Source of the DNA: an uncultured Actinomycetota bacterium
GTDB lineage: Bacteria > Actinomycetota > Actinomycetes > Mycobacteriales > Pseudonocardiaceae
Direction: 5' to 3'
Length of the DNA stretch: 64,000 nt
Assembly: GCA_963730945.1 (NCBI GenBank)
Contig: CAVSTV010000006.1
Span: 25,612-89,611, forward strand
Made by a program: the position numbers and the translations under genes
The notes under the pieces: model-generated
Seen by the model: only the letters and a program-made list of their open reading frames with translations
Database searches by the model: none
What the model was told of the DNA's origin: nothing
Part shown: one piece after another, positions 39,745 through 48,730 of the stretch
Layout of the letters: the number at the start of each line of letters is the position of its first letter
How positions within the stretch are numbered: the first letter of the stretch is position 1

Positions 39745-40064
39745 GCCGGCGCGCACCCCACCGTTCGCCTTGCAGCTCGGCCGTTCGGAGCCACCCGCCG
39801 CCGCTGGCCGATATCCGCTGGGCGACCCGATGTGACCGCCCGGCTACGCTTTGGCGTGCCTTGTCGGTCCCCGGAGGCAGATCTGTGCCGATCCACCGGC
39901 CGATCGGTTCCACCACCCATTCGAGTGCCGAACGACCGCTGAGAGTGACCGTTCGTATACGTCCTGATTGCGTGCCGTCCAACCGGGGCGCAACATTCCG
40001 TGGACATATCCGATACGAAGGGTGATCATCGCCAGCACACGGCGGTGACAGGCGGAGGTGGCAG

Positions 40065-41990
40065 GTGCTCGAAGTCGGACCGGCGAACGAGAACGGGGAG
40101 AGCGGCGAAGCCGCGGACCTCGCCGTTTTCGTCGACCGTCTCGCCGCCGCGAGCGCGGATCGGCTGACCGCGACGGCCCGGGTACAGATCCGCCGGGCCA
40201 TCCTCAACGGCACCGCGCCGCCCGGCATCCGGCGGCTCGCCGAGGCGCTGGCTGCCTCGGTGGACCGGGCCGAGCGAGCCCGGCCCGGGGCGACGCCGTC
40301 GCCGCTTCGACCCGCAGGGAGCAGCGCCACCGTGGCCGCCGCCGTCCGGGCGAACACGCTGGTCGTGCTGGAGGACTTCGATGTCCACTCGCTGGCGGAC
40401 GCGGTCGACAGGCTGCTGGCCGACGGCAAGCGTGTGGTGATCACCGGAGCCGATCAGCAGGACTGGGACCAGCTGCGTCTCGCGCTGCCCGCGGGTACCG
40501 CCGGCCGGGTGCTCGACGAGCTGCCCGCACTGGGTGCCGGCGAGCTGCGCGAGCTGCGCAGCCTGCTCGCGACGTCGACACCGATCCGGCGGGCGCGCTC
40601 CGCTCAGCAGCTGCCGGCCATCACCGACCTGCCGTCCCCGGCCGAGGTCGCGCAGCTGTGCGAGCAGGCCCAGCGATCGACCGAGCCGAGCCCCGGCGCC
40701 GCGATGGTGCCGAGGCTGCTCGCCGAGGTGGATCCCGCCCGCCGGGCCGCGGTCACCTCCGTCGCGCAGCTCGTCGACCGCTCGTTGCGGGCGCTGCCGA
40801 CCACGGCCGAGACCCGGTGGGCCTGGCGGCTGCTGTCGGATCTCGTGCTCGCCCAGCACCGCACGGTCTTCGAGGGCATGCTCGAGGACACCGCGCAGGC
40901 CGTCGCCGCGGTGGATCACAGCCGCAACGCCGCTCCCGTGACGTTCCCCGCGCAGCCCGACGCCGGCGTGCTGAGCCTGCTGCGGCAGTACCGCGATTTC
41001 TTGGCCGGCGGTGGTCGCTGCCGCACCTACTTCCGGTCGAGCCTGCAGCGCGAGGTGCAGCCGGTGCTCGGCGCGATCCGGGTGGACGGGCGGGCGCCGG
41101 AGACCGAGGCCGACGTCCAGCGCGCCGTGGAGTACCTCGAGCTGGGCGAGTGGCTGCGCCGGGTGTGCGCCGGCTGTGTCGAGATGGGCATCCCGGCACC
41201 GCGCGACGACGTCGGGCTGCGCCGCCTCAGCGACGTGCTGCTGCGGGTCGCGGCCGCGGTCCGGTCGGTCAGCGCGTTGCGGCACGACGTGCTGTTCCTG
41301 GCCGCGGACTCGCCGCTGTCGGTGCCCGACGTCGAGTCGGCCGCCAACGTGGCCGCCGCGGTGCTGGACTTCGAGCGCAACAACACCGGTGTGGACGCCG
41401 GTCGGCGGTTGTACGAGATGGCCGACCGGCTGGCCGGCCGCTGCCCGATCACCGCCATGTCGCCCGAGCACGAGCGGGTCTGCACGGCACTGCGCGCGCG
41501 CGACGTCGCGGGCTACGCCGATGCCGTGGAGTCGCTGGTCGCGGCCCGCCGCGAGCAGCGCGACGAGGAACGTCGAACGACGCTGCTGCTGCGCCTCGGT
41601 GCGGTCGCGCCGCGCCTGGCCGCGGCCTGGTCCGCGCTGGCCGACCACAGCCCGGCTGCGCTCGGGATGGCGATCTTCCTGCCGATGGAGCAACTGCTGG
41701 CCCAGATTCCGCCACCCGACAGTGCCGATGTGCTGCTGGTCCTCGGCGCCGACGCCCTCGGTGTGGAGCACCTGCTGCTCACCGCGGCCGCGCCGCGAAT
41801 GCTCGCCGCGATCGGGTCCGGCGAGCGCGCGGGGTCGGCCCCGTCGCTGCTCAGCGTGCTGCGGCGGGCGGATGCGCTGTTGATCCGGAGCAAGAACCCG
41901 AGCCCGCCGCCGGCTGCGGTGGTGCCCATCTCGGCCGCCGCGCAGCCGCGGGCCACCCGGGCGGCGGCGATGGGTCAGGCCGGCGCCTGA
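40065..41990 (+). CDS. Hypothetical protein, probable degenerate superfamily-1 helicase derivative
   Basis: NTLVVLE..., LLADGKRVVITG and DVLLVLGADALG resemble SF1 motifs I, Ia and II with the catalytic residues lost. Confidence 0.6.
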   Translation: MLEVGPANENGESGEAADLAVFVDRLAAASADRLTATARVQIRRAILNGTAPPGIRRLAEALAASVDRAERARPGATPSPLRPAGSSATVAAAVRANTLVVLEDFDVHSLADAVDRLLADGKRVVITGADQQDWDQLRLALPAGTAGRVLDELPALGAGELRELRSLLATSTPIRRARSAQQLPAITDLPSPAEVAQLCEQAQRSTEPSPGAAMVPRLLAEVDPARRAAVTSVAQLVDRSLRALPTTAETRWAWRLLSDLVLAQHRTVFEGMLEDTAQAVAAVDHSRNAAPVTFPAQPDAGVLSLLRQYRDFLAGGGRCRTYFRSSLQREVQPVLGAIRVDGRAPETEADVQRAVEYLELGEWLRRVCAGCVEMGIPAPRDDVGLRRLSDVLLRVAAAVRSVSALRHDVLFLAADSPLSVPDVESAANVAAAVLDFERNNTGVDAGRRLYEMADRLAGRCPITAMSPEHERVCTALRARDVAGYADAVESLVAARREQRDEERRTTLLLRLGAVAPRLAAAWSALADHSPAALGMAIFLPMEQLLAQIPPPDSADVLLVLGADALGVEHLLLTAAAPRMLAAIGSGERAGSAPSLLSVLRRADALLIRSKNPSPPPAAVVPISAAAQPRATRAAAMGQAGA

Positions 41991-42026
41991 GATCGGCGCC
42001 GGCCCGGCCGAGCTCAGCGACCGCGC

Positions 42027-42977
42027 TCAGCGACCGGGTGTGAGGTCGGGGGTAGTGCGGCGTCGACCGATCTCGCGGAGTGTGGCGATCGCGGCGAGGG
42101 CGGCGGGTGCGCGTTGACCGCGCATGACGGCCGCCTGAATGTGCCGGACGGGCACCTCGCCGGCCAGCGGCACGGCTTTGATCTGAGCGGGGTCGAGCAG
42201 GACGTTGAGCCGGTGCGCGAGGGTGATGCCGTGACCGGCCGCGACGAATGCCTGGGCTTCGATCGGCTCGTCGCCGTGACCGGCGTGAGCCACGGGCGGG
42301 TGCAGGCCGACGCCGTGCAGCACGTGGTCGACGAAGCGGGCCGCGGAGCCGTGGTGGGCGCGGATCCAGGTGTCGTGGCCGAGCTGGATCGGGGTGACAG
42401 CCGGGGCGGCGGCACGGGGATGGGTGGTGGGCAACAGCGCGCAGGGTGGGTCGTCGAACAGCGGAATGATCTCGACATCGGGCGGCGGCGGGGGCGCGGG
42501 TTCGAAGGCGTGCTCGAACACGATCGCGACGTCCAGTTCGGCGGCGGCCAGCCCGCGTAGCGCCGCGGGGCGATCGACCAGCACGTCCTCGATCACCTGT
42601 CGCCGACCGCGGAAGAGTTCGGGGTGGCGCTCCTCCATACGAGCACCGAGTTCGGCGGACAGGTGCACGAGCGCGGTGAGGAAGGAGCCGAGCCGGACGC
42701 GGCCGGTGCGCAGCCCGACCAGGTCGGCGATCTGGGCTTCGGCGAGCTGTAGTCGGTCGAGGATCGCGTCGGTGTGCCCGGCCAGTACTCGTCCGGCTTC
42801 GGTGGGATGGACGCCGTGCTGGGTGCGCCGCACCAGCTGTGCGCCGAGGCGCCGTTCGAGCAGTGAGATCTGCCGGGACACCGCCGGTTGGGTGAGACCG
42901 AGGGCGTGTGCGGCCGCGGAGAACGAGCCGTGGGTGAGCACCGCGTTCAGGGTGGCCAGCTTGCCGACGTCCAGCAT
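42027..42977 (-). CDS. LysR-family transcriptional regulator
   Basis: SFSAAAHALGLTQPAVSRQISLLE HTH; divergent from the MFS gene. Confidence 0.93.
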   Translation of the reverse strand: MLDVGKLATLNAVLTHGSFSAAAHALGLTQPAVSRQISLLERRLGAQLVRRTQHGVHPTEAGRVLAGHTDAILDRLQLAEAQIADLVGLRTGRVRLGSFLTALVHLSAELGARMEERHPELFRGRRQVIEDVLVDRPAALRGLAAAELDVAIVFEHAFEPAPPPPPDVEIIPLFDDPPCALLPTTHPRAAAPAVTPIQLGHDTWIRAHHGSAARFVDHVLHGVGLHPPVAHAGHGDEPIEAQAFVAAGHGITLAHRLNVLLDPAQIKAVPLAGEVPVRHIQAAVMRGQRAPAALAAIATLREIGRRRTTPDLTPGR

Positions 42978-43046
42978 GCACAGATTTTAGAACCTCTATG
43001 CCCATTACTGATGAATTGGCATAACCCTGACGGGAAACCCGATCCG

Positions 43047-44210
43047 GTGATCGGGATTCGGGAACGGCGGGCGCGTGGCGCCACCACAGCGATCTTCTTC
43101 ATGACCGGGTGGGTCTACGCGGCCTGGGCCACCCGGATCCCGTCGATCAAGGAAGAGCTCGGCCTGTCCGACGGTGCGCTCGCGCTGGCCATCATCGGGC
43201 TGGAGGCCGGCGCGATCGTCGGGCTTCCGGCCGGTGGGGCGCTGGTCGCCCGCCTCGGCAGCCGCCGCGCGCTGCGACTCGGCTTCGCCGGGCTTCCGAC
43301 CGCCCTGTTCGCGGTCGCGCTGACCTCGGGGTTGGCCGGGCTGACCGCGGCGCTGGCCGTCATGGCCGCGGCCACCAGCGTCGTCGACGTCGCGATGAAT
43401 GCTCAAGGCATCGAGCTCGAACGGCGCTACGAGCGGCCGGTGCTGTCGGGTCTGCACGCCGGCCACCCGTTCGGGCTCGTCGCGGGCGGGATCGCCGGAA
43501 CCGCCGCAGCCGCCGGCGGTGTCCCGGTGGCGGTGCACTTCGCGTACGCCGCCGGCGTCGCGCTCGTGGTCGCGATGACGGCCACGGTGGTACTGGTTCG
43601 CGAGCCTGTGCGGCACGGGCAGCCGACGTTCGTCCGACCGAGCGGACGCCTGCTGCTGCTCGGGCTGGTCGCGTTCTGCGCCTTCCTGCTCGACGGCGCC
43701 GCGTACACCTGGAGCGCCGTACACCTGCGCAGCGAGTACGACGGATCCGCGGGCCTCGCCGCGGCGGCCTTCACCGTCTTCGCCGGCACCCTGGCGATCG
43801 GGCGCCTGTTCGGCGACCGGCTGGTGGCCCGCTGGGGGCGCGTTCGGGTCGTGCAGGGCTGCGGGGCCGTGGCCGCGGTCGGCATCGCCCTGGCCGCGCT
43901 CGCACCCACGGGCGGGCTGAGCATCGCGGGCTGGGCGCTGTTCGGGCTCGGACTCGCCCCGGTGGCCCCGACCATCCTGGGTGCGGCACCGGCGGTGAAC
44001 ACCGGGGCGCCCGCGGTGGCGATCGCTGCGGTCACCACGGTCGGCTACCTCGGCTCGTTCACCGGTCCACCCGCGATCGGCGCGCTCGCCGAACTGATCG
44101 GCCTGTCCGCCGCGCTGGGCCTGGCCGTCGTGGTCAGCGCGCTACTGGTCCTGCTGGCACGCCCTGGCCTGAGCACGAACACGACGGCCGAGCGAATCAA
44201 AGGGCGATGA
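43047..44210 (+). CDS. MFS transporter
   Basis: WATRIPSIK, DVAMNAQG, GRLFGDRLVARWG; about 12 TM segments. Confidence 0.9.
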   Translation: MIGIRERRARGATTAIFFMTGWVYAAWATRIPSIKEELGLSDGALALAIIGLEAGAIVGLPAGGALVARLGSRRALRLGFAGLPTALFAVALTSGLAGLTAALAVMAAATSVVDVAMNAQGIELERRYERPVLSGLHAGHPFGLVAGGIAGTAAAAGGVPVAVHFAYAAGVALVVAMTATVVLVREPVRHGQPTFVRPSGRLLLLGLVAFCAFLLDGAAYTWSAVHLRSEYDGSAGLAAAAFTVFAGTLAIGRLFGDRLVARWGRVRVVQGCGAVAAVGIALAALAPTGGLSIAGWALFGLGLAPVAPTILGAAPAVNTGAPAVAIAAVTTVGYLGSFTGPPAIGALAELIGLSAALGLAVVVSALLVLLARPGLSTNTTAERIKGR

Positions 44211-44505
44211 CGTCGAGCAGGGTCACCGGATCGTCGCCGTCGGCCGCCCGCTGCCAACCGCGGTCGCCGACCGGCCGGTACAACGTCCACCGCCCCAGCT
44301 CCGGATCGTCGCTGTGCAACCGCGCCACCGCGACCGACGGCCACGACGCGTCGAGCTCCGGGTAGGTGGGCGCCCGCCGGTCGTGCACGATGATCTCGTC
44401 GCCCTGGATGGTGTAACCGACCTGCCGATGATCGCGGTCGGTGGCCGGTACCCGGGCCGCGCACCACTGCGACAACCGATGACGGATCTCCTCGGGCACG
44501 GGCAT
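44197..44505 (-). CDS. DUF3024-like protein
   Basis: WCAARVP...VGY..QGDEIIVHDRRAP...VARL...WTLY. Confidence 0.6.
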   Translation of the reverse strand: MPVPEEIRHRLSQWCAARVPATDRDHRQVGYTIQGDEIIVHDRRAPTYPELDASWPSVAVARLHSDDPELGRWTLYRPVGDRGWQRAADGDDPVTLLDVIAL

Positions 44506-44544
44506 ACCCAGCATCGTTGCCGCTGCAGCGGCTAGCGTCGAGCC

Positions 44545-45123
44545 ATGGACTCCTATCCGGTCAGTCGCTTCGGCCATGTCGAGCTCGAGGACATGCCCGA
44601 CGATCTTCGGCAGCGGATCGGCGTGATCGCCGACAAGTCGGGTTTCGTGCCCAACGTCTTCCGCGCGCTGGCGCGCCGACCTGCCGAGCTGCGGGCCTTC
44701 CTGGACTACCACGACGCGCTGATGGACTCCTCCGAGGGCCTGTCCAAGGCCGAGCGCGAGCTGATCGTGGTGGCGACGTCGGGGGCGAACCACTGCACGT
44801 ACTGCGTGGTGGCGCACGGGGCGATCCTGCGGGTGCGGGCCAAGGACCCGGAGATCGCCGACCGGGTGGCGAGCAACCCGTGGGGCGTGCAGCTGTCGCC
44901 GCGGGAACGCGCGATCGTCGACCTGGCGTTGCTGATCGCCCTGGACTCGGCCGCGCTCACCGACGCCGAGCTGGACGATGCGCGGCTGGCCGGGCTGTCC
45001 GAGGAGGAGATCTGGGACATCGGCGCGATCACCGCGCTGTTCGCGATGTCCAACCGGCTGGCCCACCTGACCGCGCTGCGGCCGAACCCCGAGTTCTTCT
45101 TGATGGGACGGCTCGCGACCTGA
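44545..45123 (+). CDS. Peroxidase-related AhpD/CMD-family protein
   Basis: GFVPNVF, ERELIVVATSGANHCTYCVVAHG (CxxC), FAMSNRLA. Confidence 0.9.
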   Translation: MDSYPVSRFGHVELEDMPDDLRQRIGVIADKSGFVPNVFRALARRPAELRAFLDYHDALMDSSEGLSKAERELIVVATSGANHCTYCVVAHGAILRVRAKDPEIADRVASNPWGVQLSPRERAIVDLALLIALDSAALTDAELDDARLAGLSEEEIWDIGAITALFAMSNRLAHLTALRPNPEFFLMGRLAT

Positions 45124-45137
45124 CCACCGGTTACGCC

Positions 45138-45186
45138 GAGTGGACGCAGCGAGTGGACGCTGGTGAGTGGACGTTGCGAGTGGACG
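45138..45186 (+). repeat. Four intergenic direct repeats of GAGTGGACG with a 13-14-bp period
   Basis: Copies start at 45138, 45151, 45165 and 45178, upstream of the glycosyltransferase. Confidence 0.85.
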
Positions 45187-45245
45187 CGACGTGACGTTGC
45201 GCTCCAGCGCGTGCGTGGGTGGCGTGGCTCCAGCACGATGCGCGC

Positions 45246-46349
45246 ATGTCGAACCTGTTCGGGCAACGGGTGGCCCTCGTGTCCTACCGCCTCGGTACGG
45301 CCGACGGGGTGTCGGTGACGGCCGGGCAATGGATTCGCGCCCTGCATCGGCTCGGGACCAGGGTGCGCACCGTGGCCGGCGACGGCCGACCGGACTTGCT
45401 GGTCCGCGGGCTGGCCGTGGATTCGCGCCGCCCCCCGGCGCAGGGCGAGCTGGCGGCCGCGCTCGACGACGTCGACCTGGTGGTGGTCGACAACCTCTGC
45501 TCGCTGCCGATGAACCGGGCGGTCGGTGAGTCGGTGGCCACCTACCTGCGGGGACGCCCGGCGGTGCTGCGCCATCACGACCTGCCGTGGGAGCGCGAAC
45601 GCTACGCCGACTGCACCGAATGGCCGCCCGACGACCCGGCCTGGCGGCACGTGACGATCAACGAGCTGGCCCGCCGCGCGCTGTGGCAGCGCCGCCGGAT
45701 CACCGCCAGCACCGTCTACCACGGCTTCGCCGAGCGGCCCTGCCCCGAGCAGCGCGACGCGGTCCGGCGCCGGCTGCGGGTCGGGGCCCAGCCGCTGCTC
45801 CTGCAGCCGACCAGGGCGATCGCCCGCAAGGGCATCAAGATCGGGCTGGATCTCACCCGGGCGCTCGGCGGCACCTACTGGCTCACCGGCCCGACCGAGG
45901 ACGGCTATCAGGACGAGCTGGATGCGTTGCTGGCCGGCGGCCGGGTGCCGGTGCGGCGGCGGCTCCCGTCCGGGGTGGCGATGGCCGGCGCCTACGCGGC
46001 CTGCGATGCGGTGGTGCTGCCCTCGACCTGGGAGGGTTTCGGGCTGCCGCTGATCGAATCGGCGCTGCACCGGAAGCCGATCGCGGTCGGCGACTTCCCG
46101 GTGGCCCGCGAGCTGGCCGCGTTCGGCTTCCGATGGTTTCGGGCCGACGATCCGGGGCCGCTGCGGGCCTGGCTGGCCGACCCGGACCCGGCCCTGCTCG
46201 ACCACAACGAGGCCCTGGCCCGGACCCGGTTCGGCATGGACGCGCTGGCCCGCCGGTTGGAGCAGGTGCTGTCCGGGGCCCCGGTGGGCGAGCACCCCGG
46301 ATCGACGGCCGCGGCCGAACCGGTCGACGGTGACTACCGCACGGCGTGA
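45246..46349 (+). CDS. GT4 glycosyltransferase (MggS-like subfamily by motif)
   Basis: RLGTADGVSV, HHDLPWER, QPTRAIARKG, PSTWEGFGLPLIES. Confidence 0.85.
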   Translation: MSNLFGQRVALVSYRLGTADGVSVTAGQWIRALHRLGTRVRTVAGDGRPDLLVRGLAVDSRRPPAQGELAAALDDVDLVVVDNLCSLPMNRAVGESVATYLRGRPAVLRHHDLPWERERYADCTEWPPDDPAWRHVTINELARRALWQRRRITASTVYHGFAERPCPEQRDAVRRRLRVGAQPLLLQPTRAIARKGIKIGLDLTRALGGTYWLTGPTEDGYQDELDALLAGGRVPVRRRLPSGVAMAGAYAACDAVVLPSTWEGFGLPLIESALHRKPIAVGDFPVARELAAFGFRWFRADDPGPLRAWLADPDPALLDHNEALARTRFGMDALARRLEQVLSGAPVGEHPGSTAAAEPVDGDYRTA

Positions 46350-46446
46350 CCCGCCCGTTTCCGACACCGGTCGGGGACGCACTGCCCAGCGGCCCTGGGC
46401 TGTGTCACGATGCGGGCCTCGACCGCTCCAGAAGGGGACCTGCCGC

Positions 46447-46956
46447 ATGCGCCTGCTCGACCGCCTCATCGCCCGCGCGCTGCGCGGCCCGCTGCAGGCC
46501 ATGATCGATGATCGGGTGGCCGAGCGGGTGGCGCAGCAGGTCGAGGAGCTCAAGCTCGACGCGTTGTACTCCTACCGCTGGCACGGCGACCGCTCCCGGC
46601 TGCGCATCCCGGACACCGCCGTGGTCAACAACGCGCTGTTCAACATGTCCGGCGGCACGATCACCATCGGCGAGCACGCGTTCTTCGGCCACGACGTCGC
46701 CGTGCTCACCGGCACCCACGACATCGAGCAGTTCGGGCGGGCCCGGCAGCTGGCGTTCCCGCGCTCCGGGCGCGACGTCGTGATCGGCGACGGCGTCTGG
46801 CTGGCCAGCCACGTGCTGGTGCTGGGCCCGGTGACGATCGGCGAGCACGCCGTGGTCGCCGGTGGCTCGCTGGTGCGCGACGACGTCGAGCCGTACGCGG
46901 TGATGGCCGGCCGGCCGGCAAAGATGATCAAGAAGCTGACTCCGCCCACCGGATGA
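46447..46956 (+). CDS. Hexapeptide-repeat O-acetyltransferase
   Basis: ITIGEHAFFG, VVIGDGVWLA, VTIGEHAVVAGGSLV, AGRPAK. Confidence 0.88.
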   Translation: MRLLDRLIARALRGPLQAMIDDRVAERVAQQVEELKLDALYSYRWHGDRSRLRIPDTAVVNNALFNMSGGTITIGEHAFFGHDVAVLTGTHDIEQFGRARQLAFPRSGRDVVIGDGVWLASHVLVLGPVTIGEHAVVAGGSLVRDDVEPYAVMAGRPAKMIKKLTPPTG

Positions 46957-47459
46957 GGCTCGAGATCGGCGCCGGGGAGAAGCCGCACCCCGACTACGAC
47001 CTGCACGTCGACATGCTGGGGCTGCCCGACATCGAGGTGCGCTGCGGCATCGATCGGCTGCCGTTCGCCAGCGGCTCGATCGACGCGCTGCGCGCCAACC
47101 ACGTGCTGGAGCACCAGAGCTACGAGCTGATCTCGCCCACGCTGCGCGAGTGGGCCCGGGTGTTGCGGCCCGGCGCCCGGCTGGACATCGGGGTACCGGA
47201 CGCGCGCTTCGTGGCCGAGCAGTGGGCCCGCGGCGAGATCGACACCGCCGAGGCCAACCACTGGATCCTGGGCGGGCACTCGGAGCGGGCCGCCCACCAG
47301 GGTGTCGACGGCCGTGGGGTGCCACTGTGGATCTGGAACGCCCACCACACGATGTTCGACGCCGACTCGCTGCGGGCCGCGGTCGAGGAGTTCTTCACCG
47401 TCGACGAGCTGTTCACCTACGACATCCGCAACCTGCGGCTCTACGGGCACCGGCGCTGA
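46953..47459 (+). CDS. Small SAM-dependent methyltransferase
   Basis: RLEIGAG, LPFASGSID, HVLEH, ARVLRPGARL; ATGA-coupled to the acetyltransferase. Confidence 0.8.
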   Translation: MRLEIGAGEKPHPDYDLHVDMLGLPDIEVRCGIDRLPFASGSIDALRANHVLEHQSYELISPTLREWARVLRPGARLDIGVPDARFVAEQWARGEIDTAEANHWILGGHSERAAHQGVDGRGVPLWIWNAHHTMFDADSLRAAVEEFFTVDELFTYDIRNLRLYGHRR

Positions 47460-47460
47460 G

Positions 47461-48144
47461 GTGGCGGGCGGTCCGCGCCGCAACCGGGTCGATCCGTTCG
47501 GCGACCTGCACGCGGTGCGCGAGCGCGGCCTGTTCGCCGGCAACCGCGGCTGCCTGGTCGATGCCCGCGGTGAGCTGGTCCGCCACCACCGCGGCTCGCT
47601 GTGGATCACCTGCCGCACCGCGTTCCGCGGGCGCCGGGTCGGGCTGGCCCGCCCGGGCCGCTGGACCCCGCTGTTCTTCCTCGACGACGCGGTGGCGCTG
47701 GCCGCGGGCCACCGGCCGTGCGGGGAGTGCCGGCACGGCGCCTACCTGGCCTACCGGGACGGGGTGGGCGCGGCGCTGGGCCGGCCGGTGCGTGCCGCCG
47801 AGCTCAACCGGCGGCTGGCCGCGGAGCGGCTGGGGCCCGGCCGCGGACTGTCCCGGGCTGCCGACCGCAAGCTCTGGACCGGCGCCGCCGACACCCTGCC
47901 CGACGGCGCGGTGGTGATCCTCGACGGTCCGCGGCTGCTCAGCGGCGGTCAGCTGCTCGCCTTCGCCTTCGACGGCTGGCGCGATCCCGTCCCGTGTCCC
48001 GATGGGGAGCTGGCGGTCCTCACCCCGCGAACGTCGGTGCTCGCGCTCCGCCACGGTTTCTCCCCGCAGCTGCACCCGAGCGCGCAGCCGCCTTCGATCG
48101 CGCGGGGCACACACTCGGCTGCGGCAGATCCGCCACGCCGGTAG
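47461..48144 (+). CDS. Conserved hypothetical protein with an Ada-like Cys motif
   Basis: NRVDPFG, GNRGCL, LFFLDDAVALAAGHRPCGECR. Confidence 0.75.
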   Translation: MAGGPRRNRVDPFGDLHAVRERGLFAGNRGCLVDARGELVRHHRGSLWITCRTAFRGRRVGLARPGRWTPLFFLDDAVALAAGHRPCGECRHGAYLAYRDGVGAALGRPVRAAELNRRLAAERLGPGRGLSRAADRKLWTGAADTLPDGAVVILDGPRLLSGGQLLAFAFDGWRDPVPCPDGELAVLTPRTSVLALRHGFSPQLHPSAQPPSIARGTHSAAADPPRR

Positions 48145-48231
48145 CGGCAGATCCACCACACACCGATCGCCGGCGCTGTGCACGCGATCCGCGGGCGGGC
48201 CGCACCGATCCGGGGGCTTGCTGTCCGCAGT

Positions 48232-48290
48232 CATGATCGTAGAGCAGGAATCGCGGCCCCAGCAGCGATTTTTCCTGCTGCACGATCATG
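48232..48290. repeat. CATGATC-ended imperfect palindrome (REP-like)
   Basis: CATGATCGT..AGCAGGAA.TCGC / GCGA..TTCCTGCT..ACGATCATG. Confidence 0.65.
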
Positions 48291-48439
48291 TGCGCCGGGC
48301 GGAACCAGGCGTTCTGGCGGTCGCGACCATGCACCTGGGTGAGTGCATGATCAGCGGGACATGAGGGCTGTCGAGCCCGGGAACGACCCTGGTGTCCCAC
48401 TCGCGCTGCTCGAGCGACGCCGTGCTGCCCGCCGCTGGG

Positions 48440-48640
48440 TGGCACGGTGTCCGCGTCACGCAGAGACCGGGAGTCGACGATCGCCGCGGTGGCAGCGGGT
48501 CGCGTCTCTTGTCCGCGCGCACGAGATCGCGCAGGGCGTCGCGGATCTGCTCCCACACGTCGTGGCGGGCCCAGCGCCCGAACAGGCCATGGACGGTCCG
48601 GTGCTGCGGGAAGTCCCGCGGCAGCGCCGCCCAGGCGACG
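48440..48640 (-). mobile_element. Internal fragment of an IS5-family transposase, frameshifted
   Basis: GVAWAALPRDFPQHRTVHGLFGRW...DALRDLVR...RDPLP / TAAIVDSRSLRDADTV, including the first catalytic Asp of the DDE motif. Confidence 0.8.
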
Positions 48641-48730
48641 CCTCGGTGCTCGCGCTCAGCCACGGCTCCGGCCGGAGCTGCAGCTGGGGCGGGTGGGCGG
48701 TGAGGTCGGCGGTGCCGCAGCGACCGGGCG

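Noticed and set aside
42012-42036. Short duplication GCTCAGCGACCG at the LysR stop as a transposon footprint
   Set aside because: A 12-13-bp tandem duplication with no element ends nearby; simple slippage explains it.
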